Shown here: piece after piece, positions 1 through 8,496 of the stretch
Layout of the letters: each line of letters starts with the position of its first letter
How positions within the stretch are numbered: the first letter of the stretch is position 1
Source of the DNA: Sinorhizobium meliloti
Lineage (GTDB): Bacteria; Pseudomonadota; Alphaproteobacteria; Rhizobiales; Rhizobiaceae
Length of the DNA: 32,000 nucleotides
Assembly (NCBI RefSeq): GCF_017876815.1
Contig: NZ_JAGIOS010000001.1
Location: forward strand, 3,030,001 to 3,062,000
Direction: 5' to 3'
Made by a program: the position numbers and the translations under genes
The notes under the pieces: model-generated
Database searches by the model: none
What the model was told of the DNA's origin: nothing
The model's input: the letters and a program-made list of their open reading frames with translations, nothing else

Positions 1-380
1 AGTCCGTCGCGGCACTCGACGTGTCGATCCAGGCACAGGTGCTCGATCTCCTGCAGGACATCCAGGACGAGACCGGCGTCTCCTACCTGTTTATTTCGCA
101 CGACATGGCGGTCGTCGAGCAGATCAGCCACCGGGTAGCGGTCATGTACATGGGCCGCTTCGTCGAAATGGGCACGCGGCGGCAGATCTTCGAGAGTCCG
201 CAGCATCCCTATACGAAGAAACTGATGGCAGCCGTTCCCGTGGCCGATCCGGGCCGAGTACGCCGGGATTTCGTGCCGAAAGCGGAAGACCTGCCGAGTC
301 CTGTGCGCGCCCTGGATTATGCGCCATCCTTCCCGCCGCCATCGGATCTGGGCGGCGGACATCTCGTCTGGAACGGCTAA
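1..380 (+). CDS. ABC transporter ATP-binding protein, oligopeptide/dipeptide/nickel (DppF/OppF-like) type, C-terminal part; 5' end lies outside the window
   Basis: Frame is open to the window edge (codons from position 3 read S-V-A-A-L-D-V-S-I-Q-A-Q, the block after Walker B). H-loop 'FISHDM' and peptide-type C-terminal 'QHPYTKKL' motif present. Stop TAA at 378-380. Confidence 0.85.
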   Translation, partial: SVAALDVSIQAQVLDLLQDIQDETGVSYLFISHDMAVVEQISHRVAVMYMGRFVEMGTRRQIFESPQHPYTKKLMAAVPVADPGRVRRDFVPKAEDLPSPVRALDYAPSFPPPSDLGGGHLVWNG

Positions 381-405
381 TCCGTGGTCAGTTTGGTATT
401 GTGGC

Positions 406-1206
406 CTACAGCCTCAGCCAGATACGCAGCGGATATTCCGGGTCGGCGAGCAGCCGGATGGCGAGCGCGATCGAAACGACGACCAGCAGAGGCTTGATGA
501 TCTTCGCGCCCTTTGCCATCGCATAGCGCGAGCCGACCTGCGCGCCGAGGAACTGGCCGACGCCCATCGTCAGGCCGATCTTCCAGAGCACGACGCCGCT
601 GAGCAGGAAGACGAAAAATGCGCCGATATTGGAGCCGAAATTCAGGAATTTCGTGTGCGCCGTCGCCTTGAGGATGCCGTAGCCTGCAAGCGAGACGAAA
701 CCGAGCATGAAGAAGGAACCTGTGCCCGGACCGAAAACGCCGTCATAGAGGCCGATCAGGGGCACGAAGGTGATTGTGAACAGGAAAACCGACAGGCGCC
801 GATGCTTGTCGAGGTCGCCGATATTCGGCTTGAAACCGAAGTAGAGCGCGATGCCGATCAACAGGAACGGCAGCACGGCCTCCAGAACGTCCGCGGGAAC
901 GACCGTCGCCAGCAATGCGCCCAATACCGCGCCTGCCGCCGACATCAGCGCCATCGGGAGTTGCTCTCGGAGGTTCACGTGGCCGTGCCGGGCATAGGCG
1001 ATGCTCGCCGAACCGGAGCCGAAAAGCGACTGCAGCTTGTTGGTGCCGAGCGTCTCGAGCGGTGGAATCCCCGCGATCAGCATGGCCGGGATGGTGATCA
1101 TCCCGCCGCCGCCGGCGATCGAATCGATGAAGCCGGCAAGGAATGCGGCCGCGAAAAGAAAGAGCAGTATGTGGAGGGCCAGGTCGTGCACTGGAGTCTC
1201 GAGCAA
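406..1206 (-). CDS. TauE/SafE family (sulfite-exporter-like) integral membrane permease
   Basis: Only the C-terminal ~266 codons of the 452-aa track ORF look like protein: multiple hydrophobic helices, 'FIDSIAGGGGMITIP' and 'GVFGPGTGSF' repeat halves typical of TauE/DUF81. The upstream part is Arg/Gly/Ser-rich nonsense. Start is uncertain (TTG 1206 or GTG 1191; no clear SD). Confidence 0.75.
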   Translation of the reverse strand: MLETPVHDLALHILLFLFAAAFLAGFIDSIAGGGGMITIPAMLIAGIPPLETLGTNKLQSLFGSGSASIAYARHGHVNLREQLPMALMSAAGAVLGALLATVVPADVLEAVLPFLLIGIALYFGFKPNIGDLDKHRRLSVFLFTITFVPLIGLYDGVFGPGTGSFFMLGFVSLAGYGILKATAHTKFLNFGSNIGAFFVFLLSGVVLWKIGLTMGVGQFLGAQVGSRYAMAKGAKIIKPLLVVVSIALAIRLLADPEYPLRIWLRL

Positions 1207-1518
1207 ATAGGGCGGCGGGAACTGCTTCAGCCGCCTTGTGTCAGAGGTGACGCCGAAATGCAAAGAATTGTCTGAGGTCGATCCCGTGGCTGCACGGATT
1301 GCGACACGTGGATGGCGCAATCCGGTTTGACCGACCTGAAGCGCTCCGATAAAAATGACGATCATGCGACGGCGTCCGTTCAGGCGGACTGAAAGAGCGT
1401 CCGGTGCGGCCGACCCATGCAGGGGGCTTGATCCGGTGCTGTCCGGACCGGTACGTGGCATTTCGCCGGGCCGGCGCTTCGTATGGAACGCCGACGCCGC
1501 ATGGGAGCCGCACCGCAT

Positions 1519-1947
1519 ATGCCTTCCGCCGAAGGACACATCACCGCCAAACTTGTGCTCGGCCTTGGCTGCGAGCGCAACACTGCGCCCGAAGAGGTTA
1601 TCGCGCTTGCCGAACAGGCGCTTGCGGACGCCGGCGCTTCCGGCAAGGATGTCGGACTCGTCGCCTCTCTGGATGCGCGGACCGATGAGCCCGCGATCCA
1701 TGCGGTCGCGCGGCACTTTTCGGTGCCCACGCATTTCTTCGACGCTGCCACGCTGGAGGCGCAATCGTCGCGTCTAAAAAATCCATCGAAGGTCGTCTTT
1801 GCCCATACGGGTTGCCACGGCGTCGCTGAGGGCGCGGCCTTGGCGGCCGCAGGGTGCGACGCGGTGCTGCTCGTGCCTAAGATCCGATCGGTGCGGGCGA
1901 CGGCGGCAATCGCCGGACCGGCCGATTATGCAAGGGGAGCCATGTGA
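1519..1947 (+). CDS. cobE: CobE / CbiG C-terminal-domain-like cobalamin biosynthesis protein
   Basis: 'KLVLGLGCERNTAPEEVIALAEQAL' N-terminus resembles CobE/CbiG_C proteins, and it sits directly upstream of cobABCD. ATG 1519 has GGGAG about 11 nt upstream; ATG 1501 is an alternative start. Confidence 0.6.
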   Translation: MPSAEGHITAKLVLGLGCERNTAPEEVIALAEQALADAGASGKDVGLVASLDARTDEPAIHAVARHFSVPTHFFDAATLEAQSSRLKNPSKVVFAHTGCHGVAEGAALAAAGCDAVLLVPKIRSVRATAAIAGPADYARGAM

Positions 1948-2080
1948 TGGCCTCGGGCGAATTTTGCAGTTTCTTTGATGAGCCGATTCAATTATCTGCC
2001 ATTGTTTCCTGCATAACGACTTCAAGTTTTTCCTCGGTTGGATCGGATGGAATGCCTTGCTTTGCCCGGAGTATCGACCG

Positions 2081-2920
2081 ATGACCGACATGTTTGCTGG
2101 CCTGCCTGAACTCGAGCCGGGTTCGGTCTGGCTCGTCGGTGCGGGCCCGGGGGATCCCGGCCTTCTGACCCTACACGCAGCCAATGCGCTTCGCCAGGCG
2201 GATGTCATCGTTCACGATGCGCTGGTCAACGGTGATTGCCTCAAGCTCGCCAAAGCGAGTGCAGCACTCGAATTTGCGGGCAAACGCGGCGGCAAGCCTT
2301 CGCCGAAACAGCGCGACATCTCGCTGCGGCTCGTCGAACTGGCGCGTGAAGGGAAGAGGGTGCTGCGCCTCAAGGGTGGCGATCCCTTTGTCTTCGGCCG
2401 AGGCGGAGAGGAGGCGCTGACCCTGGTCGAGCACCGCATCCCGTTCCGCATCGTTCCCGGGATCACCGCGGGCATAGGCGGGCTTGCCTATGCCGGCATT
2501 CCGGTCACGCATCGGGAGGTCAACCACGCGGTGACTTTCCTTACCGGCCATGACTCTTCCGGCGTCGTGCCGGACAGGATCAATTGGGAAGGCATTGCCA
2601 AGGGCTCTCCGGTAATCGTCATGTACATGGCGATGAAGCATATCGGCCAGATCTCCGCCAATCTGATGGCCGCCGGCCGCTCGCCGGACGAGCCGGTGGC
2701 CTTCGTCTGCAATGCGGCGACACCGGAACAGGTGGTGCTGGAAACCACTCTTTCGTCCGCTGAAGCCGATGTGACCGCTTCTGGGCTCGAGCCGCCGGCA
2801 ATCGTCGTCGTCGGCGAGGTCGTCCGGCTTCGCGCCTCGCTCGACTGGCTTGGCGCGCTCGATGGCCGGGCGCTCGCTCCCGATCCGTTTTCGAGCCGCA
2901 TTCTCCGGAACCCGGCATGA
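2081..2920 (+). CDS. cobA: Uroporphyrinogen-III C-methyltransferase (SUMT)
   Basis: 'VWLVGAGPGDPGLLTLHA' SAM-binding motif of tetrapyrrole methylases. 279 aa from ATG 2081, with GGAG 10 nt upstream. Stop overlaps the next start (ATGA at 2917-2920). Confidence 0.92.
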   Translation: MTDMFAGLPELEPGSVWLVGAGPGDPGLLTLHAANALRQADVIVHDALVNGDCLKLAKASAALEFAGKRGGKPSPKQRDISLRLVELAREGKRVLRLKGGDPFVFGRGGEEALTLVEHRIPFRIVPGITAGIGGLAYAGIPVTHREVNHAVTFLTGHDSSGVVPDRINWEGIAKGSPVIVMYMAMKHIGQISANLMAAGRSPDEPVAFVCNAATPEQVVLETTLSSAEADVTASGLEPPAIVVVGEVVRLRASLDWLGALDGRALAPDPFSSRILRNPA

Positions 2921-4206
2921 ATGGACTGATGATTGCAGCCCCGAGCTCCGGCTCGGGCAAGACCACGGTCACGCTCGGCCTGATGCGGGCATTGAGACGG
3001 CGCGGGCTCTCGATCGCGCCTGGAAAGGCGGGGCCGGACTATATCGACCCGGCTTTTCACACGGCTGCCAGCGGCAAACCCTGCTTCAATTATGACCCTT
3101 GGGCAATGCGCCCCGAGCTGCTCCTAGCCAATGCGGCGGCTGCGGCGGAAGACGGCTCGGTGCTGATCATGGAGGCGATGATGGGCCTCTTTGACGGTGC
3201 AGCGGACGGCACGGGCGCGCCGGCGGATCTCGCCGCAGCACTTGGACTTGCAGTGATCCTGGTCGTCGATTGCGCGCGCCTCTCCCATTCCGTGGCCGCC
3301 CTGGTCGGCGGCTATGCCCGTCACCGCGACGATGTCCGTGTCGCGGGCGTCATTCTGAACAGGGTCGGCAGCGACCGGCATGAGGGAATGCTGCGCGATG
3401 CGCTTGCCGGAATTGCGATGCCGGTCTTCGGCGTACTGCGACAGGACGCTGCACTGAAGCTGCCCGAACGCCACCTGGGCCTCGTACAGGCAGGCGAGCA
3501 TGGATCGCTGGAAGCCTTCATCGATCACGCGGCAATGCGGGTCGCATCGGGTTGCGATCTCGAGGCGGTGCTTGCTGCGGCGACGCCGCTGACGGTGGGA
3601 GAGAGGGCCGGAACGCTAAAGCCGCTCGGCCAGCGGACAGCCGTCGCGCGCGACGTGGCCTTCGCCTTCTGCTACGAGCATCTTCTTTCGGGCTGGCGCG
3701 GGCAGGGGGCCGAAGTCACATTCTTCTCGCCTCTTGCGGACGAGGCGCCCGATCCGCGTGCCGATGCGGTCTATCTCCCCGGCGGTTATCCCGAGCTTCA
3801 TGCGGAACAGCTCTCCAATGCTTCGAATTTCCGCGCGGCCATGCACAAGGCAGCTGGGGGCGGGGCGCGCGTTTTCGGGGAGTGCGGCGGCTACATGGTG
3901 CTCGGCGAGGGGCTTGTCGCGGCGGATGGCGGGCGCTACGAGATGCTCGGGCTTTTGCCGCTCGTCACGAGCTTCGCCGAACGCAAGCGGCATCTCGGCT
4001 ACCGGCGCGTCACGCCGGTTGACGACGTGTTTTTCCGGGGACCGATGACGGCGCACGAATTTCACTATGCCACGATCGTTTCGGAGGGCGCGGCTGAGCC
4101 GCTCTTCACGGTACGTGACGCGGCAGGGCTCGATCTCGGCCGCGCCGGCCTCCGTCGCCGGAACGTTGCCGGCTCCTTCATGCATCTCATCGATTTCTCG
4201 GAATGA
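2917..4206 (+). CDS. cobB: Hydrogenobyrinate / cobyrinate a,c-diamide synthase
   Basis: N-terminal P-loop 'APSSGSGKTTVTLGL' and C-terminal glutamine amidotransferase 'GECGGYMVLG'. ATGA overlaps at both ends indicate translational coupling. Confidence 0.92.
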   Translation: MNGLMIAAPSSGSGKTTVTLGLMRALRRRGLSIAPGKAGPDYIDPAFHTAASGKPCFNYDPWAMRPELLLANAAAAAEDGSVLIMEAMMGLFDGAADGTGAPADLAAALGLAVILVVDCARLSHSVAALVGGYARHRDDVRVAGVILNRVGSDRHEGMLRDALAGIAMPVFGVLRQDAALKLPERHLGLVQAGEHGSLEAFIDHAAMRVASGCDLEAVLAAATPLTVGERAGTLKPLGQRTAVARDVAFAFCYEHLLSGWRGQGAEVTFFSPLADEAPDPRADAVYLPGGYPELHAEQLSNASNFRAAMHKAAGGGARVFGECGGYMVLGEGLVAADGGRYEMLGLLPLVTSFAERKRHLGYRRVTPVDDVFFRGPMTAHEFHYATIVSEGAAEPLFTVRDAAGLDLGRAGLRRRNVAGSFMHLIDFSE

Positions 4207-5210
4207 TCATGGCCGCTCCCATCATTCATGGCGGCGGGATCACGGAAGCCGCAGCGCGCTTCGGGGGGACGCCCGAAGACTGGCTTGACCTCTCGACGGG
4301 GATCAACCCTTGTCCCGCCGCCCTGCCGGAAATCGACGCGCGCGTCTGGCACCGATTGCCGGATCGGCATGTGGAAGAGGCAGCGCGTGCGGCGGCCAGT
4401 CGCTACTATCGGACGGGCGAACTCATGCCATTGCCGGTGCCCGGAACACAGGCCGCCATTCAATTGCTCCCGCGGATCGCCGGCCAGAGAAAGCGCGTCG
4501 CCATATTCGCGCCGACCTATGGCGAATATGCGCGCGTACTGAAAGCCGCCGGCCTGGTCGTCGATTCGGTCACGTGCGCCGGTGATCTCCAGGCGGCGCA
4601 CGGCCTGGCGGTCGTCGTCAATCCAAACAATCCGACCGGCCGGCGCTTTCCGCCGGAGGAAATCCTTGCAATGGCGGAGGCGATGCGGGCGCATGGCGGC
4701 CTGCTCGTGGTGGACGAGGCCTTCGGGGATCTGGAGCCGGACGCAAGCGTCGCCGGACACGTTGCGGCCAATGACAACCTCGTCGTTTTCCGTTCTTTCG
4801 GGAAATACTTCGGTCTTGCGGGTCTTCGGCTCGGCTTTGTAGTCGCGAGCCGGACGGTCGAGGACTCGTTTCGTGACTGGCTCGGCCCCTGGTCGGTCTC
4901 GGGTCCGGCACTTGCGATTTCGGCGAAGCTGATGGAAGGCGACACGCTGGGGATCAAGGTCGGCATCGCGGAACGCAAGGCCGCGCTCGACGCGGTGCTT
5001 TTCGGCGCCGGGCTCGATGTGGTCGGCGGCACCGGCCTCTTCACGCTCGTAGAACACGAACGGGCTTACGATCTTCACGCGGCGCTCTGCGAGGCGCATA
5101 TCCTGACGCGAAAGTTCGACTACGATCCGCGCTGGCTGCGTATCGGATTGTCACCGAACGCGCAGGGCGACCGTCGTCTCGCCGAGGCTTTGAACCGGAT
5201 GGGTGTGTAG
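4203..5210 (+). CDS. cobC: L-threonine-O-3-phosphate decarboxylase (PLP-dependent, HisC-like)
   Basis: Aminotransferase class I/II fold with PLP-lysine block 'FRSFGKYFGLAGLRLGF'. Position between cobB and cobD. Confidence 0.85.
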   Translation: MIMAAPIIHGGGITEAAARFGGTPEDWLDLSTGINPCPAALPEIDARVWHRLPDRHVEEAARAAASRYYRTGELMPLPVPGTQAAIQLLPRIAGQRKRVAIFAPTYGEYARVLKAAGLVVDSVTCAGDLQAAHGLAVVVNPNNPTGRRFPPEEILAMAEAMRAHGGLLVVDEAFGDLEPDASVAGHVAANDNLVVFRSFGKYFGLAGLRLGFVVASRTVEDSFRDWLGPWSVSGPALAISAKLMEGDTLGIKVGIAERKAALDAVLFGAGLDVVGGTGLFTLVEHERAYDLHAALCEAHILTRKFDYDPRWLRIGLSPNAQGDRRLAEALNRMGV

Positions 5211-6193
5211 TGTCGGCTGAAATACTTCTTATCCTTGTGATAGCGCTGCTGCTGGACCGCGTCCTCGGCGATCCGGACTGGCTCTGGTCGCGTCTGACGC
5301 ATCCGGTGGTGTTCTTCGGCAAGGCGGTCGAATACGTGGACGAGGCGCTTAACCGCGGCGAATTCACCAAGGCCTGGCTGAAATTCCGCGGTGTCGTCGG
5401 CATACTGGTACTGCTCGCCGGAGCCACGGCCTTGGGTGTCGTGCTCGCTCGGCTTTTCGATGTGCTTGGCGCCCTCGGCTCTTTGCTCGAGGTTGTCACG
5501 GTGGCCGTCTTCCTCGCCCAGAAGAGCCTTGCAGATCACGTTTCCCGGGTCGCCGCCGGCCTGCGACGCGATGGACTTGCTGGCGGCCGCGAGGCGGTAT
5601 CGATGATCGTTGGACGCGATCCGAACACACTCGACGAGCCGGCGGTCTGCCGCGCGGCTATCGAAAGCCTTGCTGAAAACTTTTCAGACGGCGTCGTCGC
5701 TCCCGCCTTCTGGTATGCGGTTGCCGGACTTCCCGGCCTTCTTGCCTACAAGATGCTGAACACGGCCGACTCGATGATCGGCCACAAGAGCCCGAAATAT
5801 CTTCATTTCGGCTGGGCCTCGGCGCGGCTCGACGATCTGGCGAACCTGCCCGCGGCACGGCTCTCGGCCCTCCTGATCGCAGCCGGCGCCTATTTCAGGC
5901 GCGGTGCGGAAGCGGCGAAAACCGCAATCGAGGTGGCGCGGCGCGATCACGGACTTCACCGCTCGCCCAATTCCGGCTGGCCCGAAGCTGCGATGGCAGG
6001 CGCAACCGGCGTTCAGCTTGCAGGACCGAGAATCTATGGTGGTGTGAAGGTCGACGAGCCCATGATGAACGACGCCGGCCGTGCGGTTGCTGCCATCGAG
6101 GATATCGAGGCTGCGGTCACCGTCTTCTATGCGGCCTGTTCGGTGATGACCTTCGCCTTCGCGGCTGCTGCTTTGCCGCTTCTGCTTTTCTAG
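5210..6193 (+). CDS. cobD: Adenosylcobinamide-phosphate synthase (CobD/CbiB), membrane protein
   Basis: 'LLLDRVLGDPDWL..HPVVFFGK' N-terminus typical of CbiB; hydrophobic. GTG start at 5210 overlaps the cobC TAG by 1 nt. Confidence 0.9.
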   Translation: MSAEILLILVIALLLDRVLGDPDWLWSRLTHPVVFFGKAVEYVDEALNRGEFTKAWLKFRGVVGILVLLAGATALGVVLARLFDVLGALGSLLEVVTVAVFLAQKSLADHVSRVAAGLRRDGLAGGREAVSMIVGRDPNTLDEPAVCRAAIESLAENFSDGVVAPAFWYAVAGLPGLLAYKMLNTADSMIGHKSPKYLHFGWASARLDDLANLPAARLSALLIAAGAYFRRGAEAAKTAIEVARRDHGLHRSPNSGWPEAAMAGATGVQLAGPRIYGGVKVDEPMMNDAGRAVAAIEDIEAAVTVFYAACSVMTFAFAAAALPLLLF

Positions 6194-6286
6194 GTCCCGG
6201 ATCACGAAGTAACCCCGCTCAGGGCCTACACGGTCGTCGTTGAGCAACACCTTCTCCAAATCGCGGTGGCAAAAGACCATGGGGCA

Positions 6287-6314
6287 TTGGCTTTTGCGGT
6301 GCATTTTTCTATAG
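6287..6314 (+). promoter_or_regulatory. Candidate sigma-70-type promoter for acpXL (TTGGCT-N16-CTATAG)
   Basis: Resembles the alphaproteobacterial CTTGAC-N16/17-CTATAT consensus, about 35 nt upstream of the acpXL start. Motif match only. Confidence 0.3.
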
Positions 6315-6349
6315 GGTTCGCCAAGACTCGAATTTTAAGAGGTATGCGC

Positions 6350-6631
6350 GTGACAGCTACATTCGACAAGGTTGCCGATATTATCGCGGAAACGAGCGAG
6401 ATCGATCGCGAGACGATCAAGCCGGAAAGCCACACGATCGATGATCTCGGCATCGACAGCCTCGACTTTCTCGACATCGTTTTTGCGATCGACAAGGAAT
6501 TCGGCATCAAGATTCCGCTGGAGCAGTGGACTCAGGAAGTCAACGAAGGCAAGGTCTCGACCGAGGAGTACTTCGTGCTGAAGAACCTTTGTGCCAAGAT
6601 CGACGAGCTGCGGGCCGCAAAAGCGGGTTGA
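6350..6631 (+). CDS. acpXL: Specialised acyl carrier protein AcpXL (carrier of the lipid A very-long-chain fatty acid)
   Basis: 93 codons, phosphopantetheine site '[12 protein letters not shown]', N-terminus (M)[21 protein letters not shown] (6337-6342) is 7 nt from GTG 6350 but only 1 nt from the in-frame ATG 6344, so GTG is preferred. Confidence 0.9.
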   Translation: MTATFDKVADIIAETSEIDRETIKPESHTIDDLGIDSLDFLDIVFAIDKEFGIKIPLEQWTQEVNEGKVSTEEYFVLKNLCAKIDELRAAKAG

Positions 6632-6720
6632 GGAAAGCCTGAAGCGGCTTTCCGCGTGGATCGCGCTTTCATCTGCGATCGGAGCTTGGCGATCATCGCT
6701 GACACGGATCGGCCCCTTTC

Positions 6721-6770
6721 CCGATGCCGCCTGTCGCGCCCCGCGCTTGACAGGCGGCATCGGCATTTTT
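6721..6770 (+). terminator. Strong stem-loop / intrinsic terminator-like structure between acpXL and fabZXL
   Basis: Perfect 15-bp stem ccgatgccgcctgtc (6721-6735) / gacaggcggcatcgg (6749-6763), 13-nt loop, followed by cattttta. Confidence 0.6.
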
Positions 6771-6802
6771 ACTTGAGCGCGAAACGAATGGGATGAGCCT
6801 GC

Positions 6803-7279
6803 ATGCTCCTTGAATATTTCCAGATGATCGACCGGGTCGAAACCGTCGATCTGTCGGCCGGCCGTCTGGTGGCGCGCTCGGTCGTGCCGGAGAAGAGCCC
6901 GGTATTCGAGGGGCATTTCCCCGGCTACCCGCTGGTCCCGGGCGTGCTGCTGATCGAAACCATGGCGCAGGCTTCCGGCTTCCTGGTGCTGGCCGCGACG
7001 AAATTCGCCGCAATGCCGTTCCTGATGACGGTCGACGGTGCGAAGATGCGCAGCTTCGTCGAACCGAATGCCGAGCTCGAGATAGAGGCTCTGCTCGAGC
7101 ACGAGGGATCCGGCTTTGCAGTGACGAAGGCCAGGATTGCGTCTGGCGGCAAGAAGATATGCGATGCTCAGCTGAAGCTGAGGACGATCCCGTTCGACCA
7201 GGTGCCGCTGGGCGAAATCGTGCGCAAGCGTGCGGAAGAACTGGGGCTCATGGCCGCGATGGCCGGTTCGGAGAAGTGA
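6803..7279 (+). CDS. fabZXL: FabZ-like 3-hydroxyacyl-ACP dehydratase (hot-dog fold)
   Basis: 'FEGHFPGYPLVPGVLLIETMAQ' catalytic His block of FabZ/FabA-type dehydratases. Position after acpXL. Confidence 0.85.
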   Translation: MLLEYFQMIDRVETVDLSAGRLVARSVVPEKSPVFEGHFPGYPLVPGVLLIETMAQASGFLVLAATKFAAMPFLMTVDGAKMRSFVEPNAELEIEALLEHEGSGFAVTKARIASGGKKICDAQLKLRTIPFDQVPLGEIVRKRAEELGLMAAMAGSEK

Positions 7280-7281
7280 AG

Positions 7282-8484
7282 ATGACGAAATCCGCGAACG
7301 ATGTGGTGATCACCGGGGTAGGCATCGTGACGAGCCAGGGCGTCGGCGCCGAGCCTCATGTGGCGCTGCTCGGCGCGGCCAAGCCGCCTGGGGTTCGCAT
7401 CGAAACGGAACGTTTCGCACCCTATCCGGTCCACCCGTTGCCGGAAATCGACTGGTCGCAGCAGATTCCGAAGCGCGGCGACCAGCGGCAGATGGAGAAC
7501 TGGCAGCGTCTCGGCGTTTTCGCTGCCGGCCTGGCGCTCGACGACGCTGGTCTCAAGGACAGTCTCGAAGCCTGCGGCAGCATGGACATGATCGTCGCGG
7601 CCGGCGGCGGCGAGCGCGACATCAATGTCGACTCGCTCATCGTCGACGAGGCGCTGAAGCGCAACGACCGCGAACGGCTCTTGAACGAGAAGCTGACGAC
7701 GGAGCTGCGCCCGACGCTGTTTCTGGCGCAGCTTTCCAACCTTCTCGCCGGCAACATCTCCATCGTGCACAAGGTCACGGGTTCGTCGCGCACTTTCATG
7801 GGCGAAGAGGCGGCCGGCATTTCCGCGATCGAGACGGCCTTTGCCCGCATCAAGGCCGGTCAGTCGAGCCACACGCTGGTCGGCGGTGCATTTTCGGCCG
7901 AGCGTCTCGACATCGTCCTGATGATCGAGGCGATCCAGGGCCATGCGCTCGGTGAGTGGCATCCGATCTGGTCCCGCAAGCCCGAGGACGGGGGCGGCAT
8001 GATCCTCGGTTCCGTTGGCGCCTTCCTGGTTCTGGAGTCGCGCGAATATGCCGAGTCACGCGGCGCCCGCATCTATGCGGCGATCGATGCGATCGGCGGC
8101 GACCGCGGCGGCCGCGAGGACGGGCGGCTCGAAGCGCGCCTCAGATATCTATCGAAGCCGGCCCTCGAGCTCGATCCGCAGTCGACCGTCGTCTTTTCCG
8201 GCACCTCGGGCTTCCATGACCTTGCCGGACGGGAAAAGGCGTTTCTCGAAACCGAACTCGCCGGCCGGCCGGTCCGTGCCTATGGCGGGCTCGTCGGTCA
8301 CGGCATCGAGGCGCAGTTTCCGGTCGGCATGGTCCTTGCCGCGCTCTCGCTCGGACACGCAGCCAAGGTTCCACCTTTCGACCCCGCCGCCGAAGCCCCG
8401 ATGCTGGCCCCGGCAAGGGCGGCGGTCGTCACCACCATCGGCCACTCCCGTGGCGAAGGCGTCGCCGTGCTTGCCGCGGAATAA
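7282..8484 (+). CDS. fabF2XL: Beta-ketoacyl-ACP synthase II-like protein lacking the catalytic Cys (FabF2XL)
   Basis: Thiolase-fold KS N-terminus 'VVITGVGIVTSQG'. The active-site block reads 'TFMGEEAAGISAI' instead of T-A-C-x-x-G. ATG 7282 is 2 nt after the fabZXL stop. Confidence 0.85.
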   Translation: MTKSANDVVITGVGIVTSQGVGAEPHVALLGAAKPPGVRIETERFAPYPVHPLPEIDWSQQIPKRGDQRQMENWQRLGVFAAGLALDDAGLKDSLEACGSMDMIVAAGGGERDINVDSLIVDEALKRNDRERLLNEKLTTELRPTLFLAQLSNLLAGNISIVHKVTGSSRTFMGEEAAGISAIETAFARIKAGQSSHTLVGGAFSAERLDIVLMIEAIQGHALGEWHPIWSRKPEDGGGMILGSVGAFLVLESREYAESRGARIYAAIDAIGGDRGGREDGRLEARLRYLSKPALELDPQSTVVFSGTSGFHDLAGREKAFLETELAGRPVRAYGGLVGHGIEAQFPVGMVLAALSLGHAAKVPPFDPAAEAPMLAPARAAVVTTIGHSRGEGVAVLAAE

Positions 8485-8496
8485 GGAGCTCGAACT

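Noticed and set aside
1207-1518. Possible cobalamin riboswitch in the 312-bp divergent region upstream of the cob genes (also checked 1948-2080).
   Set aside because: I found only weak fragments, such as cgcaatccg and an 8-bp hairpin at 1296-1323. There is no GGGAA/GGTG core and no B12 box (GCCACTG...AGCCAGGAGACCTGCC) in the right order on either strand. An Rfam RF00174 covariance-model scan would settle this.
1207-1764. N-terminal 186-residue extension of the 452-aa TauE ORF, plus overlapping ORFs 1241..1513, 1355..1777 and 1380..1751.
   Set aside because: The extension is hydrophilic Arg/Gly/Ser-rich sequence that overlaps the cobE-like gene on the other strand. The membrane-protein signal only begins near 1206.
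406-1947. A functional link between the TauE/SafE permease and the cob cluster, for example cobalt uptake.
   Set aside because: The only evidence is adjacency in divergent orientation. There is no regulatory element or known precedent I can name, so it is too speculative to list as a finding.
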